Origin: Parcubacteria group bacterium
Lineage (GTDB): Bacteria; Patescibacteriota; Minisyncoccia; UBA6257; UBA11618
NCBI GenBank assembly: GCA_943357895.1
Contig: CALRGO010000001.1
Coordinates: 36,724 to 100,723 of the forward strand
Length of the DNA: 64,000 nucleotides
Reading direction: 5' to 3'
Shown here one piece after another: positions 1 to 9,285 of this stretch. The position numbers and the translations under genes are program-made. The notes under the pieces were generated by a model. The model saw only the letters and a program-made list of their open reading frames with translations, did not search any database and was not told the DNA's origin. Positions within the stretch are counted from its first letter, which is position 1, and each line of letters starts with the position of its first letter.

Positions 1-58
1 AAAGCTCGCATCGGCTTTGCCTTACGCGAGCATTGGTAGTAGATTAGGTGGATAAGTG

Positions 59-132
59 GGGCCAGTAGCTTAGAGGCCTAAAGCATCGAGCTTATACCTC
101 GAGGATCGATGGTTCGAATCCATCCTGGCCCA
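59..132 (+). tRNA. tRNA-Ile (anticodon UAU, AUA-decoding)
   Basis: Manual cloverleaf: acceptor GGGCCAG/CTGGCCC, D arm GCTT-AGAGGCCTA-AAGC, anticodon stem TCGAG/CTCGA with loop CTTATAC (U33, anticodon TAT, A37), 5-nt variable loop, T arm GATGG-TTCGAAT-CCATC, discriminator A. CCA is not encoded. Confidence 0.6.
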
Positions 133-144
133 CAAAAAAGCAAA

Positions 145-181
145 ATAAAGCCGCGGACACGAAACGCTCGTGCCGCGGACT
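145..181. terminator. Bidirectional intrinsic terminator hairpin (CCGCGG-A-CACG...CGTG-CCGCGG) with A-tract before and T-rich run after
   Basis: Self-complementary CCGCGG arms separated by aCACGaaacgctCGTG, flanked by caaaaaagcaaaataaag / acttttgctgtt. Sits between tRNA-Ile (+) and the minus-strand ORF 207-596. Confidence 0.5.
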
Positions 182-206
182 TTTGCTGTTGCGGGAAGGA
201 CACTCG

Positions 207-596
207 TTACCGCTTCCCTCCATTACTTAACGCCCCGATCCGATGCAGGAGATCATCGGTTGGATCGTCCGCATAACTGCCCACATCAGGTCCGAAAACG
301 CCAGCGAAATCGCCGTACGCGCCTGATTCTTCGAAAGGTGTTTCGGCTTCACGGTCACTGAAACCCTCCCTTCTATTTTCCAGATCCTCCAGCTCCCAAT
401 TCCGATCGGGACCGATGTAGCCAGAAAGCGAACGCACATGCCCGCCTTCCACTAGATTGTTGAGATGCTCCGGACTGACAAACACTAATGTCAATCCTCT
501 TCCATGCGGACTCATCCTTGAACGCTCCATAATCAAAACCCTATTACGATGCCTAGAACCGACAGTGAGACGGCAAACGCTATGCCGCACGCGCAC
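207..596 (-). CDS. hypothetical protein (129 aa)
   Basis: ORF with plausible composition, ending just upstream (minus sense) of the bidirectional terminator at 145-181. No recognisable motif. Confidence 0.3.
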   Translation of the reverse strand: MRVRHSVCRLTVGSRHRNRVLIMERSRMSPHGRGLTLVFVSPEHLNNLVEGGHVRSLSGYIGPDRNWELEDLENRREGFSDREAETPFEESGAYGDFAGVFGPDVGSYADDPTDDLLHRIGALSNGGKR

Positions 597-860
597 TGTC
601 TGACTAATTATTAATATATACCTTTATTTAACGATTTGTCAAGTTTTATGCAAACATCACGTACCGACAAGAAACCAAGGGAATCGCCTCTTCCTCGTAA
701 AAACTCGGTCGAGACACCCCGTTTTTATAGTCGGTTTACGGCAGATGAATCGACCTCGTCGCTGCGCTTCCCTCGGACGCTCCTTACGGAATTTTAACCT
801 CATTGCATTCGGGATAAATTCCTAAGTCGCCTCCGAGTTCGATCCCCCCTAGTGCAATCA

Positions 861-900
861 CCAATAATAAAACCCCTGAACCAGGGGTTTTATTATTGGT
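861..900. terminator. Perfect 18-bp inverted repeat hairpin (CCAATAATAAAACCCCTG / CAGGGGTTTTATTATTGG) downstream of tRNA-Val
   Basis: Inverted repeat seen directly, with A-rich and T-rich stem arms. Acts as a terminator for tRNA-Val on the minus strand. Confidence 0.6.
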
Positions 901-971
901 GGGCGCCAAGGGAATCGAACCCCCGACATCTTCTGTGTAAAAGAAGCGCTCTACCACTGAGCTAGGCGCCC
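897..971 (-). tRNA. tRNA-Val (anticodon UAC)
   Basis: Reverse complement GGGCGCCTAGCTCAGTGGTAGAGCG-CTTCT-TTTACAC-AGAAG-ATGTC-GGGGGTTCGATTCCCTT-GGCGCCC-A-CCA. Canonical cloverleaf; CCA is encoded. Confidence 0.85.
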
Positions 972-1085
972 GTTGGGGTGAATATAGCAAATAAAACACA
1001 GAGAGACAATTGACACTCCCCTACCCAACCGATATACATAACAACAGCCCTCAATAAAAATTTTCTCATCATCAGGAGCACGGAT

Positions 1086-1232
1086 ATGCCTCAATTCCAC
1101 AAATCATCTCTCGATGAAAAGCCCGTTGTAATTACTGGGTCAAACATCTGCGCAAGCCCACGTGGGCCAGACCCACGACCAACAACAGATGATGAAAAGC
1201 AAAAGAGTAACTGGAACGATCGACGATTATAA
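1086..1232 (+). CDS. small hypothetical protein (48 aa)
   Basis: ATG preceded by AGGAG 7 nt upstream. The ORF MPQFHKSSLDEKPVVITGSNICASPRGPD... is followed by a GC hairpin plus T-run at about 1265-1305. Below the ORF-track length threshold. Confidence 0.3.
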   Translation: MPQFHKSSLDEKPVVITGSNICASPRGPDPRPTTDDEKQKSNWNDRRL

Positions 1233-1456
1233 GCCGATCCGCCTAATCACCCCCCTCAACACAACCCGCCCCAGCCCCCACCTCAAGGAGCCGTGGCGGG
1301 TTTTTTGATTTTCGGTTTTGAAATTTATCCCGAATAGTATGAGGTTAAAATTTCAAAATTGTGTCGGAGCGAAACGGAGTGACGACGACAATCCTATCTG
1401 CTATACTCTCCCCCGTTAGCACCCCAATAACTAAATACTAAAAAGGAGGTTTATTC

Positions 1457-2074
1457 ATGAGCGACTTTTCCATTACTACGGAGAAACACCCCACTATTGT
1501 CTTCGTCCACGGATATGAAGTTTACGAAAACGGACGCCTTAGTCCCCTGTCGCACGCCGTATGCGAAGCCACTAAAAGACTATGGGAGATGAATAGCGAT
1601 GTACGCGTCATCATCCTTGGCGGCTGGCACCTAAAAGAAGCGGGAACATACACCATAGCCGATGCGATGATGACCTACCTCATTACTACCGGCATGAGCC
1701 CGAAGCGGATTATCACGAAATGGTGCTTCAAATCCCTCGATGAAGAGATGCCACCACGAGACACGTGGGAGGAGCTAATTCACCTCAAAGGGATACTCAC
1801 AAGACTAAATATTAGCCCGAAAGCACCCCTACAGGCCGTGGCGTGGGACTTCCATGTCCCCCGCCTTAAGAAAATGTATGCGACCTACGGACTTACCGAT
1901 GTCGAAATCATTCCTGTAACACCACCAACCTACAAAGGACTCTGTCATAGAAGATGGATTGAGCGCATGGCGCGCATAGCCCGCTTTATAGACCCCGATG
2001 GCGATGGAATCATCTGCCACGGAACGCGCCTCGGTCGGACACTGAATGAAAATCTTAAACCGATCATTCGCTAA
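1457..2074 (+). CDS. DUF218/YdcF-like (SanA/ElyC family) protein
   Basis: Strong SD AAAAGGAGG upstream. 205 aa with a VIILGGW..G motif typical of DUF218 Rossmann-like proteins. Family assignment tentative. Confidence 0.45.
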   Translation: MSDFSITTEKHPTIVFVHGYEVYENGRLSPLSHAVCEATKRLWEMNSDVRVIILGGWHLKEAGTYTIADAMMTYLITTGMSPKRIITKWCFKSLDEEMPPRDTWEELIHLKGILTRLNISPKAPLQAVAWDFHVPRLKKMYATYGLTDVEIIPVTPPTYKGLCHRRWIERMARIARFIDPDGDGIICHGTRLGRTLNENLKPIIR

Positions 2075-2099
2075 CCCCACCGCCAACCCAATAGGAACC

Positions 2100-2420
2100 G
2101 AAAGTCATTCGGTTCTTTTTCTTGTTTCATACTCCCCTGTTAAACAACATTTGTAAAAAACTTTAAGTGTTTTACAAAAGTGTTAAACATATTGTTTTAC
2201 AAAAATTTGTTTAACACTCGAAAAACATAGCAATCAATTACCCGTCCGATTGTTTTACAAAAAATATTTTTAACTTACTTTTTTTAACAGTGTGAAACAT
2301 ATTATTTTGTAAAACAATCTAATACGCTTATTGATAAAAGTTTTTACCTAAAATTATCAAAATGTATATTTAATAATTTCCATAAAAATTTGTTTACTGG
2401 TAAACAATTTGTAAAAGCCT
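2100..2420. repeat. AT-rich (~25% GC) noncoding block with reiterated TTGTTTTACAAAA and GTGTTAAACATATT motifs in direct and inverted orientation
   Basis: At least six copies of TGTTTTACAAAA-like 12-mers (near 2150, 2170, 2196, 2252, 2303 inverted, 2400) and three GTGT(T/G)AAACA motifs, including a long palindrome GATTGTTTTACAAAA...TTTTGTAAAACAATC. No ORF. Confidence 0.5.
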
Positions 2421-2588
2421 CATCACGCTTTAGCGCGAAGAATCAGGGGGCCTTTGCTCCCATAAGAGCTTGCTCCGCAAGTCATCTGTCAAAGCATCGC
2501 AACAGCTTCGCCTTATGCGAGCATGGGTAATAAAACATATTTCATGGTGTTTACCGGTAAACTCTCTACGAGTGATATAATCGATCGC

Positions 2589-2957
2589 ATGAGTATGACT
2601 CCCAAGCAAAAATGCGGAAACAGGGGAGAGGAGCTAGCCGCGGAATACCTTATCGCAAAAGGCCATACGATAATCGAGCGCCAGCACCGCAAGATGTGGG
2701 GTGAACTCGACATAATAGCGAAGGCGGGGGATGGCACGCTCGTATTCGTAGAAGTTAAGGCAATGGGGGCGGGCGGAGGCGCCTTTACACCCGAAGCTAA
2801 TATGACGGCCGCCAAAGTAATGAAAACCAAGCGCGCGGCCTTGGCATATGCGAACGCAAACCCCAGACTTTCAGCTAAGGGATGGCGGATAGACGTAATC
2901 GCGATAGACCTCGACGGGGATATGGCAACGGATATTCGGCACTACGAAAACATCTAA
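2589..2957 (+). CDS. yraN: UPF0102 YraN-family endonuclease-like protein
   Basis: GELDIIA and LVFVEVKA motifs, ~120 aa. The internal Met start is favoured over the 2523 start in the ORF track. Confidence 0.65.
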   Translation: MSMTPKQKCGNRGEELAAEYLIAKGHTIIERQHRKMWGELDIIAKAGDGTLVFVEVKAMGAGGGAFTPEANMTAAKVMKTKRAALAYANANPRLSAKGWRIDVIAIDLDGDMATDIRHYENI

Positions 2958-3073
2958 TCGAACTTGACAAGAATGGGGTAAAATAATATACTTCTTCTTA
3001 AGAGATCTGACCGATTTGGCTGCCCGTGGGGTAGCTATTTTTATTTTTAATAATGCCATCTCGTCCGACGGTC

Positions 3074-3106
3074 TACTCACTACCCACTACAAACTAACCA
3101 CTAACT
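3074..3106. repeat. heptamer tandem array (CACTANC form) upstream of nusA
   Basis: ctactcactacccactacaaactaaccactaac. Member of the dispersed AGTGGNT/CACTANC family. Confidence 0.6.
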
Positions 3107-3115
3107 AAAAAGAAT

Positions 3116-4378
3116 ATGTTCGACCTGAAAGTAATCGCGCGCGCCATCGAGCAGCTCGCGGAAGAAAAGCACATAGAAACCGGCAAAGTTGTCGAGGCTG
3201 TTGAAGCCGCGCTCGCCGCCGCATACAAAAAAGAATACGAAAAGAGGGGAGAAGTCGTGCGCGCAAAATTTGATTTGAAAACCGGCAACGTCACCTTCGC
3301 TCAAATTAAAACGGTAGCCGACGAAACGACGGTAGACATGACCCCGCCCTCGGCGGATGAAATTGCGGCCGCTGCTGCACCCGTGGAACAGGACTATCGC
3401 ACCTCGCGGTACGAAGCGCCGGAGCCCGTACTCGAAGAGGGTAAGCTGCCGCGCTACAACCCTGACCGCTACATCCTCATTAACGAAGCGCAGAAGATTA
3501 AAGCGGACGTACTACTCGGCGAAGAGTTAGAATTCCCCCTCGAAACTAAAATAGATTTCGGCCGTATTGCGTCGCAAACCGCCAAGCAAAATATCTTACA
3601 AAAACTCCGCGAAGCAGAGCGCGACTCGATCATGTCCGAGTTTAAAAATAAGGAAGGTGAAATAGTGAACGGCGTCATACAGCGCTTTGAGCGGGGGACG
3701 ACGTACGTCGACATCGGCCGCGCGACGGGCATTATGTTCTACAACGAATCTATCCCCGGCGAGCACTACCGCATCGGCGACCGCATGAAATTTTACGTGA
3801 CGGCGATCCAGAACGACACGAAGGGTCCCGGTATAATTCTTTCACGCGCGCACCCGCGCCTTGTCATAAAACTCTTCGCGCTTGAGTCGCCTGAAATCGC
3901 CGACGGCTCGGTAGAAATCCGAGCAATTGCTCGCGAAGCCGGCAACCGCACGAAGATCGCCGTAGTATCCCACATGAAGGGCGTTGACCCCGTGGGCTGC
4001 TGCGTTGGCCAGCGTGGCACACGCGTAATGGCAGTATCGGGCGAGCTCGGCCAAGAGAAAATAGACATCATAGAATTTTCGGAAGACCCCGCGGACTTCA
4101 TCGCGCACGCCTTGTCACCCGCGAAGGTTGCTCGCGTGGAAATCCTACCGCGTCGCGAAGCCCGCGCCTTTATCCCTGACGACCAGCTTTCGCTCGCTAT
4201 CGGTAAGGGCGGCCAGAACGTGCGCTTGGCGCACCGGCTGACCGGCTGGAAGATAGATATCCGCGCCGAGTCCTCACCCGAAACTGCGGTATTAAAAGAC
4301 GAAGAAGCACCGCAGGCGGAAGGCGCAGAACCAGCAATCGAAACGCCTACCGAAACGAAAACGGAGTCGGAGTCGTAA
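3116..4378 (+). CDS. nusA: transcription termination/antitermination factor NusA
   Basis: 420 aa. N-terminal NusA domain, S1 and tandem KH regions (GQRGTRV, IGKGGQNVRLA). Confidence 0.9.
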   Translation: MFDLKVIARAIEQLAEEKHIETGKVVEAVEAALAAAYKKEYEKRGEVVRAKFDLKTGNVTFAQIKTVADETTVDMTPPSADEIAAAAAPVEQDYRTSRYEAPEPVLEEGKLPRYNPDRYILINEAQKIKADVLLGEELEFPLETKIDFGRIASQTAKQNILQKLREAERDSIMSEFKNKEGEIVNGVIQRFERGTTYVDIGRATGIMFYNESIPGEHYRIGDRMKFYVTAIQNDTKGPGIILSRAHPRLVIKLFALESPEIADGSVEIRAIAREAGNRTKIAVVSHMKGVDPVGCCVGQRGTRVMAVSGELGQEKIDIIEFSEDPADFIAHALSPAKVARVEILPRREARAFIPDDQLSLAIGKGGQNVRLAHRLTGWKIDIRAESSPETAVLKDEEAPQAEGAEPAIETPTETKTESES

Positions 4379-4381
4379 TCT

Positions 4382-4412
4382 ATTCACTACCCACTAACCA
4401 CTTTTCACTAAT
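4382..4412. repeat. heptamer tandem array downstream of nusA
   Basis: attcactacccactaaccacttttcactaat. Confidence 0.55.
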
Positions 4413-4418
4413 AAAAAT

Positions 4419-4931
4419 ATGGACATGATGAAATTAACCGCAGGGGATAACGCGCCGGAAGAAATAAACGTCTTCGTGGAGATTCCGCAGGGGTCATCCA
4501 TCAAGTACGAAGTCGATAAAGACTCGGGATTTTTATTCGTCGACCGCTTCCTCCACACCGCGATGAGCTACCCCTTTAACTACGGCTTCGTGCCACAGAC
4601 GCACGCTGACGACGGCGACGCCGTCGACGTACTTTTAATATCGTCGTTACCCGTGACCCCCGGCTCGGTCGTGCGCGCACGGCCCATCGGCATGCTCGAG
4701 ATGGAAGACGAGGCCGGCATGGACAATAAAATCCTCGCTGTTCCGGTCATAAAAACGGATGCGCACTATGCGGATGTAAACGATATCGCGGATGTAAGCG
4801 AACATACGAAAAATAAAATCAAGCATTTCTTTGAAACCTACAAAAACTTGGAAAAAGGAAAATGGGTCAAAGTAAAAAACTTCTTAGGTAAGGATGCCGC
4901 CATCGAGGAAATCAGGAAGGGGATGAATTAA
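4419..4931 (+). CDS. ppa: inorganic pyrophosphatase
   Basis: Family I PPase motifs ([17 protein letters not shown]). Confidence 0.9.
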   Translation: MDMMKLTAGDNAPEEINVFVEIPQGSSIKYEVDKDSGFLFVDRFLHTAMSYPFNYGFVPQTHADDGDAVDVLLISSLPVTPGSVVRARPIGMLEMEDEAGMDNKILAVPVIKTDAHYADVNDIADVSEHTKNKIKHFFETYKNLEKGKWVKVKNFLGKDAAIEEIRKGMN

Positions 4932-4942
4932 TACGACGCATC

Positions 4943-6121
4943 ATGAAATCAACGTTTAAAAAACTACCAGCGTCTGCCGTGGAACTTACGGTCGACATAG
5001 ACCTGACGGAATTCAAGGACTACTACGCGCGCGCCTTCCAAGCGGCGAAGGCGGGTATTGAAATCAAGGGCTTCCGTAAGGGTATGGCCCCGGACGACGT
5101 AGTAAACGGGGTAATCGACCCTAAACGCCTTTTCGACGACGCTGCTGAGCGCGCAATAAAAACAACACTTACGGACGAGGCAGAAAAAAATGCGTGGACT
5201 ATCATCGACCGCCCCGTTATCGAAATAAAAGATACGGATAAATCTTTCTCATATATCGCGAAGTTTTCGATTTTCCCCGAAGTAAACATAGAAGGGTTCG
5301 ACGTAATCGCAGAAAAGGAGCGTGGAACACTCGAAAAGAAAAAGGAGAAAATAACCGTGAAGGAAGATGAGGCGAAAGAGGCGCTTGCGTGGCTTCAGAA
5401 CGCCCGCGCGGAAAAAAAGGAGACCGCTGAAGGGATTCAACTCGGCCACGTAATCGAAATCACGGTAAAAAGTTCGTTCGCAAAAGAGGCGCACGACGAC
5501 CGCTTCGTCGTCGGCAAGGGTCGCTTTATGGCGGGATTCGAAGATAAATTGATAGGCAAGAAGGTAGGGGAGACGGTGGCGTTTTCCATAACAGGCCCTG
5601 CCGACTACTGGAACGAAGAACTGCGGAGTAAGGACGTTGATTTCAATGTCACTATAAATAAGGTGTACGACCAAATCCTACCGGAATTGGACGACGCGTT
5701 CGCCGAAAAAGCCGGAAAGTTTAAAACACTCGCCGAGCTGAAAGAAAGCATCATAGGTGGCATCCGCGAAGAAAAAGCCCATCACGAAGAAGAAGCTACA
5801 TGCATCGCCGCGCTCGAAGCGGCAGTAAAAAAAGCGGTAATAGATATACCGCTACCGATGATAGAAAAGATCCGCGAGCAGGACAAGGAGATGACGGAAG
5901 AAATTGCAAAGCAAAAGATTGCGATGCACCTCGTGATCTACGCTATCGCAGATAAAGTCGGTATTCGCCCAACAGAGGAAGAAATCCAAACAGAGATTGC
6001 GAAATACGGTGCGGGCGCCAGCCATCGAGAGAACGGCCCAATTGACGCAAAAAAAATGCATGGTTATATTTACGAGAGACTCCAGCAAAAGAAAGTCTAC
6101 GACTATATTCTCAAAAAATAA
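4943..6121 (+). CDS. tig: trigger factor
   Basis: GFRKGMAP motif in the N-terminal ribosome-binding domain, PPIase-like middle domain, and the classic tig-clpP arrangement. Confidence 0.8.
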   Translation: MKSTFKKLPASAVELTVDIDLTEFKDYYARAFQAAKAGIEIKGFRKGMAPDDVVNGVIDPKRLFDDAAERAIKTTLTDEAEKNAWTIIDRPVIEIKDTDKSFSYIAKFSIFPEVNIEGFDVIAEKERGTLEKKKEKITVKEDEAKEALAWLQNARAEKKETAEGIQLGHVIEITVKSSFAKEAHDDRFVVGKGRFMAGFEDKLIGKKVGETVAFSITGPADYWNEELRSKDVDFNVTINKVYDQILPELDDAFAEKAGKFKTLAELKESIIGGIREEKAHHEEEATCIAALEAAVKKAVIDIPLPMIEKIREQDKEMTEEIAKQKIAMHLVIYAIADKVGIRPTEEEIQTEIAKYGAGASHRENGPIDAKKMHGYIYERLQQKKVYDYILKK

Positions 6122-6711
6122 TGAATAACTACCTCATCCCAACGGTTATCGAAAAGTCCTCGCAAGGGGAGCGTGCGTACGACATTTACTCACGCCTTCT
6201 TAAAGAACGCATTATCTTCCTTTCCGGCCCCGTAACGGACGCGTTAGCAAACACCGTAATTGCACAACTATTATTCCTTGAAAACGAGGACTCAAAGAAA
6301 GACATTACGATCTACATAAACACCCCCGGTGGATCGGTGAGCGCCGGCCTCGCGATATACGACACCATGCAATACGTGAAACCCCACGTTTCGACCGTGT
6401 GCGTGGGAATCGCCGCATCCATGGGTGCGGTACTGCTTGCAGCCGGTACCAAAGGCAAGCGCTTTTCGTTGCCCAATTCTGAAATACTCTTACACCAAGT
6501 AATGGGCGGCGCGCAGGGGCAGGCAAGCGAAATAGAAATCACCGCCCGCCAGATATTAAAGATCAAGGACCGCTTAAATAAGATTCTCGTAAAGCACACA
6601 GGGCAAACGCTATCTAAAATTGAAAAGGATACTGACCGCGACTTCTACCTATCTGCCCCGGAAGCGAAAGACTACGGAGTTATCGACGCAATAATCGAAA
6701 ACCGTAAATAA
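6121..6711 (+). CDS. clpP: ATP-dependent Clp protease proteolytic subunit
   Basis: Ser-His-Asp triad context (GIAASMGA...LLHQ). Start overlaps the tig stop (TAATG). Confidence 0.9.
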   Translation: MNNYLIPTVIEKSSQGERAYDIYSRLLKERIIFLSGPVTDALANTVIAQLLFLENEDSKKDITIYINTPGGSVSAGLAIYDTMQYVKPHVSTVCVGIAASMGAVLLAAGTKGKRFSLPNSEILLHQVMGGAQGQASEIEITARQILKIKDRLNKILVKHTGQTLSKIEKDTDRDFYLSAPEAKDYGVIDAIIENRK

Positions 6712-7214
6712 TGCGCTTTAACTTTTTCGAATACGCTTTCTTCGTAAGCGCCTTCGGGACGCTCGCGCTTTTTACTGCCGCGCAAAACTTTTTACCACTA
6801 CTTACGCTGCCAACATACGTCTTCATCATAGCCCTTACGGGGTTTATGGTACTTCTAGGGCTCGCAACCTACGAAAGGAATTACATACACCACACGCGTA
6901 AAAAATCATTTATACTAGCGGCGCTTGCCGGATGTGTGGCGCTCCTTATAAGTATGCTCGGGCAGGCATCTTCCGCCGCGTTTGCCCTATGGTCGCTCAA
7001 TATGGCGCTTGCCGTATTTACCTTTGGATCCATTATCGCGCGTCGCTTCTTCCGCCATATTAAGCACGACTTCCACCGCAATACGAAGCACATCCTCATT
7101 GTCGGCCTCGCTATTAATACTCTCGGGTTTTTTGCGGCGCATCTTTTTACCGCCTTCCCACCCATCATGATGGGTATTCTTACGGCGATTGTAACCCTTA
7201 TCGCGCTTTTATAA
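6711..7214 (+). CDS. hypothetical polytopic membrane protein
   Basis: 167 aa with 4-5 predicted TM helices, translationally coupled between clpP and tyrS. Confidence 0.5.
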   Translation: MRFNFFEYAFFVSAFGTLALFTAAQNFLPLLTLPTYVFIIALTGFMVLLGLATYERNYIHHTRKKSFILAALAGCVALLISMLGQASSAAFALWSLNMALAVFTFGSIIARRFFRHIKHDFHRNTKHILIVGLAINTLGFFAAHLFTAFPPIMMGILTAIVTLIALL

Positions 7215-8372
7215 ATGACTAACGTAAATATCCTCGCAAACGCCGTAGATATTGCCGATAAGGCACACCTTGAAAAGGCGCTCGCCTCCGGCGAGAAATT
7301 ACGCGTAAAATTCGGCATCGACCCCACCGCACCCGATTTACACCTAGGGCACGCAGTAATCCTACGTAAACTCCGCGCCTTTCAAGACGCAGGGCATCAG
7401 GCAGTGCTTATCATAGGGGACTTTACCGCCATGATAGGTGACCCCACGGGCAAATCAACCACCCGCCCGACACTCACTAAAGAACAAGTAAAAACTAATC
7501 TCGATACGTACCTCGCGGAAGCGGGTGCAATTCTTGATATAAAAACCGTTGAGATACGGCACAACAGCGAATGGCTGAGCGAATCCCTCCCTAAACTTAT
7601 TGAGCTCATGGGCAAGGTAAGCATTCAGCAGGTGCTGCATCGCGCGGACTTTAAAAAACGAATGGGGGAGGATATAGACATAAGCATGCTCGAAATAATG
7701 TATCCACTACTCCAAGGATATGACTCCGTTGCCGTACAAGCGGATGTAGAACTCGGGGGGACAGACCAGACGTTTAATATGCTGATGGGTAGGCGCGTAC
7801 AGCGCGCGTTCAATACACCCGAGCAAGATGTTATGACGCTTCCGCTTATCGAGGGGACTGATGGGGAACACAAAATGTCTAAGAGTCTCGGTAACTATAT
7901 AGCACTGAACGACGCGCCCGAAGACATGTTCGGGAAAATTATGTCCCTGCCGGATGGCCTTATGCCTAAGTACTTTGCGCTTTTAACTGATATTCAAATG
8001 CCCCTTCGATCCGACTCAGGGCAGGCCATGAAACCCCGCGATGCAAAGGCTCTTCTTGCCCGCACCATCGTCACGGGATATCACGGGGCGAAAGCAGGGG
8101 AGGATGCCGAACGGGAATTTATAAACGTGCACGGAAAAAAAGAAATGCCGGCAGATATGCCGGAGCTCTACATAACGGACAGCGAGATAAAAATCATCGA
8201 CCTACTCCTCTTAGCAGAAGTTAAAAGCAAGGCAGAGGCGCGGCGACTCGTCGAGCAGGGAGGCGTGAAGATCGACGGAGTAACGGTTATGCAGACAGAA
8301 GCGCCCATTACGATTAAAGACAGCGCGGTGCTACAGATAGGCAAATTGAAGTTTTTCAGGATTAAAAAATAA
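7215..8372 (+). CDS. tyrS: tyrosine--tRNA ligase
   Basis: HLGH (HIGH) and KMSKS motifs plus a C-terminal S4-like domain. Confidence 0.9.
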   Translation: MTNVNILANAVDIADKAHLEKALASGEKLRVKFGIDPTAPDLHLGHAVILRKLRAFQDAGHQAVLIIGDFTAMIGDPTGKSTTRPTLTKEQVKTNLDTYLAEAGAILDIKTVEIRHNSEWLSESLPKLIELMGKVSIQQVLHRADFKKRMGEDIDISMLEIMYPLLQGYDSVAVQADVELGGTDQTFNMLMGRRVQRAFNTPEQDVMTLPLIEGTDGEHKMSKSLGNYIALNDAPEDMFGKIMSLPDGLMPKYFALLTDIQMPLRSDSGQAMKPRDAKALLARTIVTGYHGAKAGEDAEREFINVHGKKEMPADMPELYITDSEIKIIDLLLLAEVKSKAEARRLVEQGGVKIDGVTVMQTEAPITIKDSAVLQIGKLKFFRIKK

Positions 8373-8377
8373 GAGAC

Positions 8378-8412
8378 CGCACTGGAATTGCTTCCAATGC
8401 GGTCTTTTTTTT
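8378..8412. terminator. intrinsic terminator (GACCGCACTGG...CCAATGCGGTC + T9), shared by convergent tyrS and ORF 8417-8722
   Basis: Hairpin followed by ttttttttt. Confidence 0.7.
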
Positions 8413-8416
8413 GCGC

Positions 8417-8722
8417 TTAGCGCGGCTTTGTGGGGGAGTCGGGGAATGCAGCATCCCCATCGAAGTCATACGCGAAATCCGGATCGCGATTACGCATACC
8501 CTCGAACATGCGATTCGCAAGCGTTCCAGTCATCCAAAGGGTAGCGCATATCGCGAATGCTCCGGCGAGTGATGCAAGTAAGCTCGCTTTCTGCGGCGCG
8601 ATGGACTGTGAGTCATTAACGAACCATTCGTCCACGGCATTCATACCAACTCCGCAAAAGAGGAACATGATGCAGATCGCAATAACAGCGATCCACCACA
8701 AAGCTTTTTCCAAACGATTCAT
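8417..8722 (-). CDS. small hypothetical membrane protein (101 aa)
   Basis: Two hydrophobic helices, convergent with tyrS. Confidence 0.45.
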   Translation of the reverse strand: MNRLEKALWWIAVIAICIMFLFCGVGMNAVDEWFVNDSQSIAPQKASLLASLAGAFAICATLWMTGTLANRMFEGMRNRDPDFAYDFDGDAAFPDSPTKPR

Positions 8723-8915
8723 GACCTGACTCCTTGGTTTTTAGGACTATTCCCTTGAAAATCCGCACACCGCGGATACTATTATTATAGTACTATATTA
8801 GTGTGGTTTTGTCAAGTTATTAGAAATTGACGCATAAAAAGCGATACAGCATCATATTCACTAGCCCTATGAACTCGAATAAAAGGATCTTTTTATGACA
8901 AAACGGCTTTAATAG

Positions 8916-9068
8916 CTCATCGAAGAGGCGCGCAATGCCCGACCAACGCCGGAACAAAAAGAAGAGCAACGACGTAGCTTTGCCGCCGGAAACGCCGGCT
9001 TAAGCAATGCGGCAGTTACGAGAGAACTCGTAAATCGCGCTGCCGAGAAAATGGCGAAAAGAGACTAA
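8916..9068 (+). pseudogene. start-less C-terminal gene remnant (50 codons)
   Basis: Coding-like frame LIEEARNARPTPEQKEEQRRSFAAGNAGLSNAAVTRELVNRAAEKMAKRD* opens directly after an in-frame TAG with no ATG/GTG/TTG start. A CCGCGG hairpin terminator follows at 9083-9102. Confidence 0.35.
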
Positions 9069-9112
9069 AAGCAAACCAATAGCCGCGGACACCCATCCGC
9101 GGCTATTATTTT

Positions 9113-9237
9113 GAGCGAGTAACGGGAATCGCCTCTCCCCCTAAAGGGGTCGAAACATCGGTTTTTATAATCGCTCGCTATGCGAGCTCATTAAAAACTC
9201 TCGCCCTTCGGGTTCGATTCCCGTATCCGTCCCATGC
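9113..9237 (-). other. tRNA-Gly-adjacent miniature structured element (copy C1)
   Basis: Read on the minus strand: inverted copy of the tRNA-Gly T arm (ACGGGAATCGAACCCG), a conserved core hairpin (GTTTTTAATGAGCTCGCATAGCGAGCGATTATAAAAAC), then a direct copy of the tRNA-Gly 3' end. The 22-bp direct repeat is 9110-9131 = 9282-9303. About 85% identical to copy C2 at 13467-13587. Confidence 0.55.
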
Positions 9238-9238
9238 T

Positions 9239-9279
9239 GGCAAAAAAAGACTACGCTGTTAACGTAGTCTTTTTTTGCC
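9239..9279. terminator. perfect inverted-repeat hairpin (GGCAAAAAAAGACTACG-ctgttaa-CGTAGTCTTTTTTTGCC) downstream of tRNA-Gly
   Basis: 17-bp perfect stem seen directly. Confidence 0.6.
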
Positions 9280-9285
9280 AGTTTG

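Noticed and set aside
790-860. T-loop-like GAGTTCGATCC sequence suggesting another tRNA
   Set aside because: No acceptor, D or anticodon stems can be formed. At best it is a degraded tRNA fragment.
784-999. 71-aa minus-strand ORF
   Set aside because: It overlaps tRNA-Val and its terminator hairpin.
9113-9237. tmRNA (ssrA) interpretation of the tRNA-adjacent elements, given T-arm-like ends
   Set aside because: They are only ~125 nt long, no conserved tag-peptide reading frame is shared between the two copies, and the ends match the specific neighbouring tRNA rather than a tRNA-Ala-like domain.
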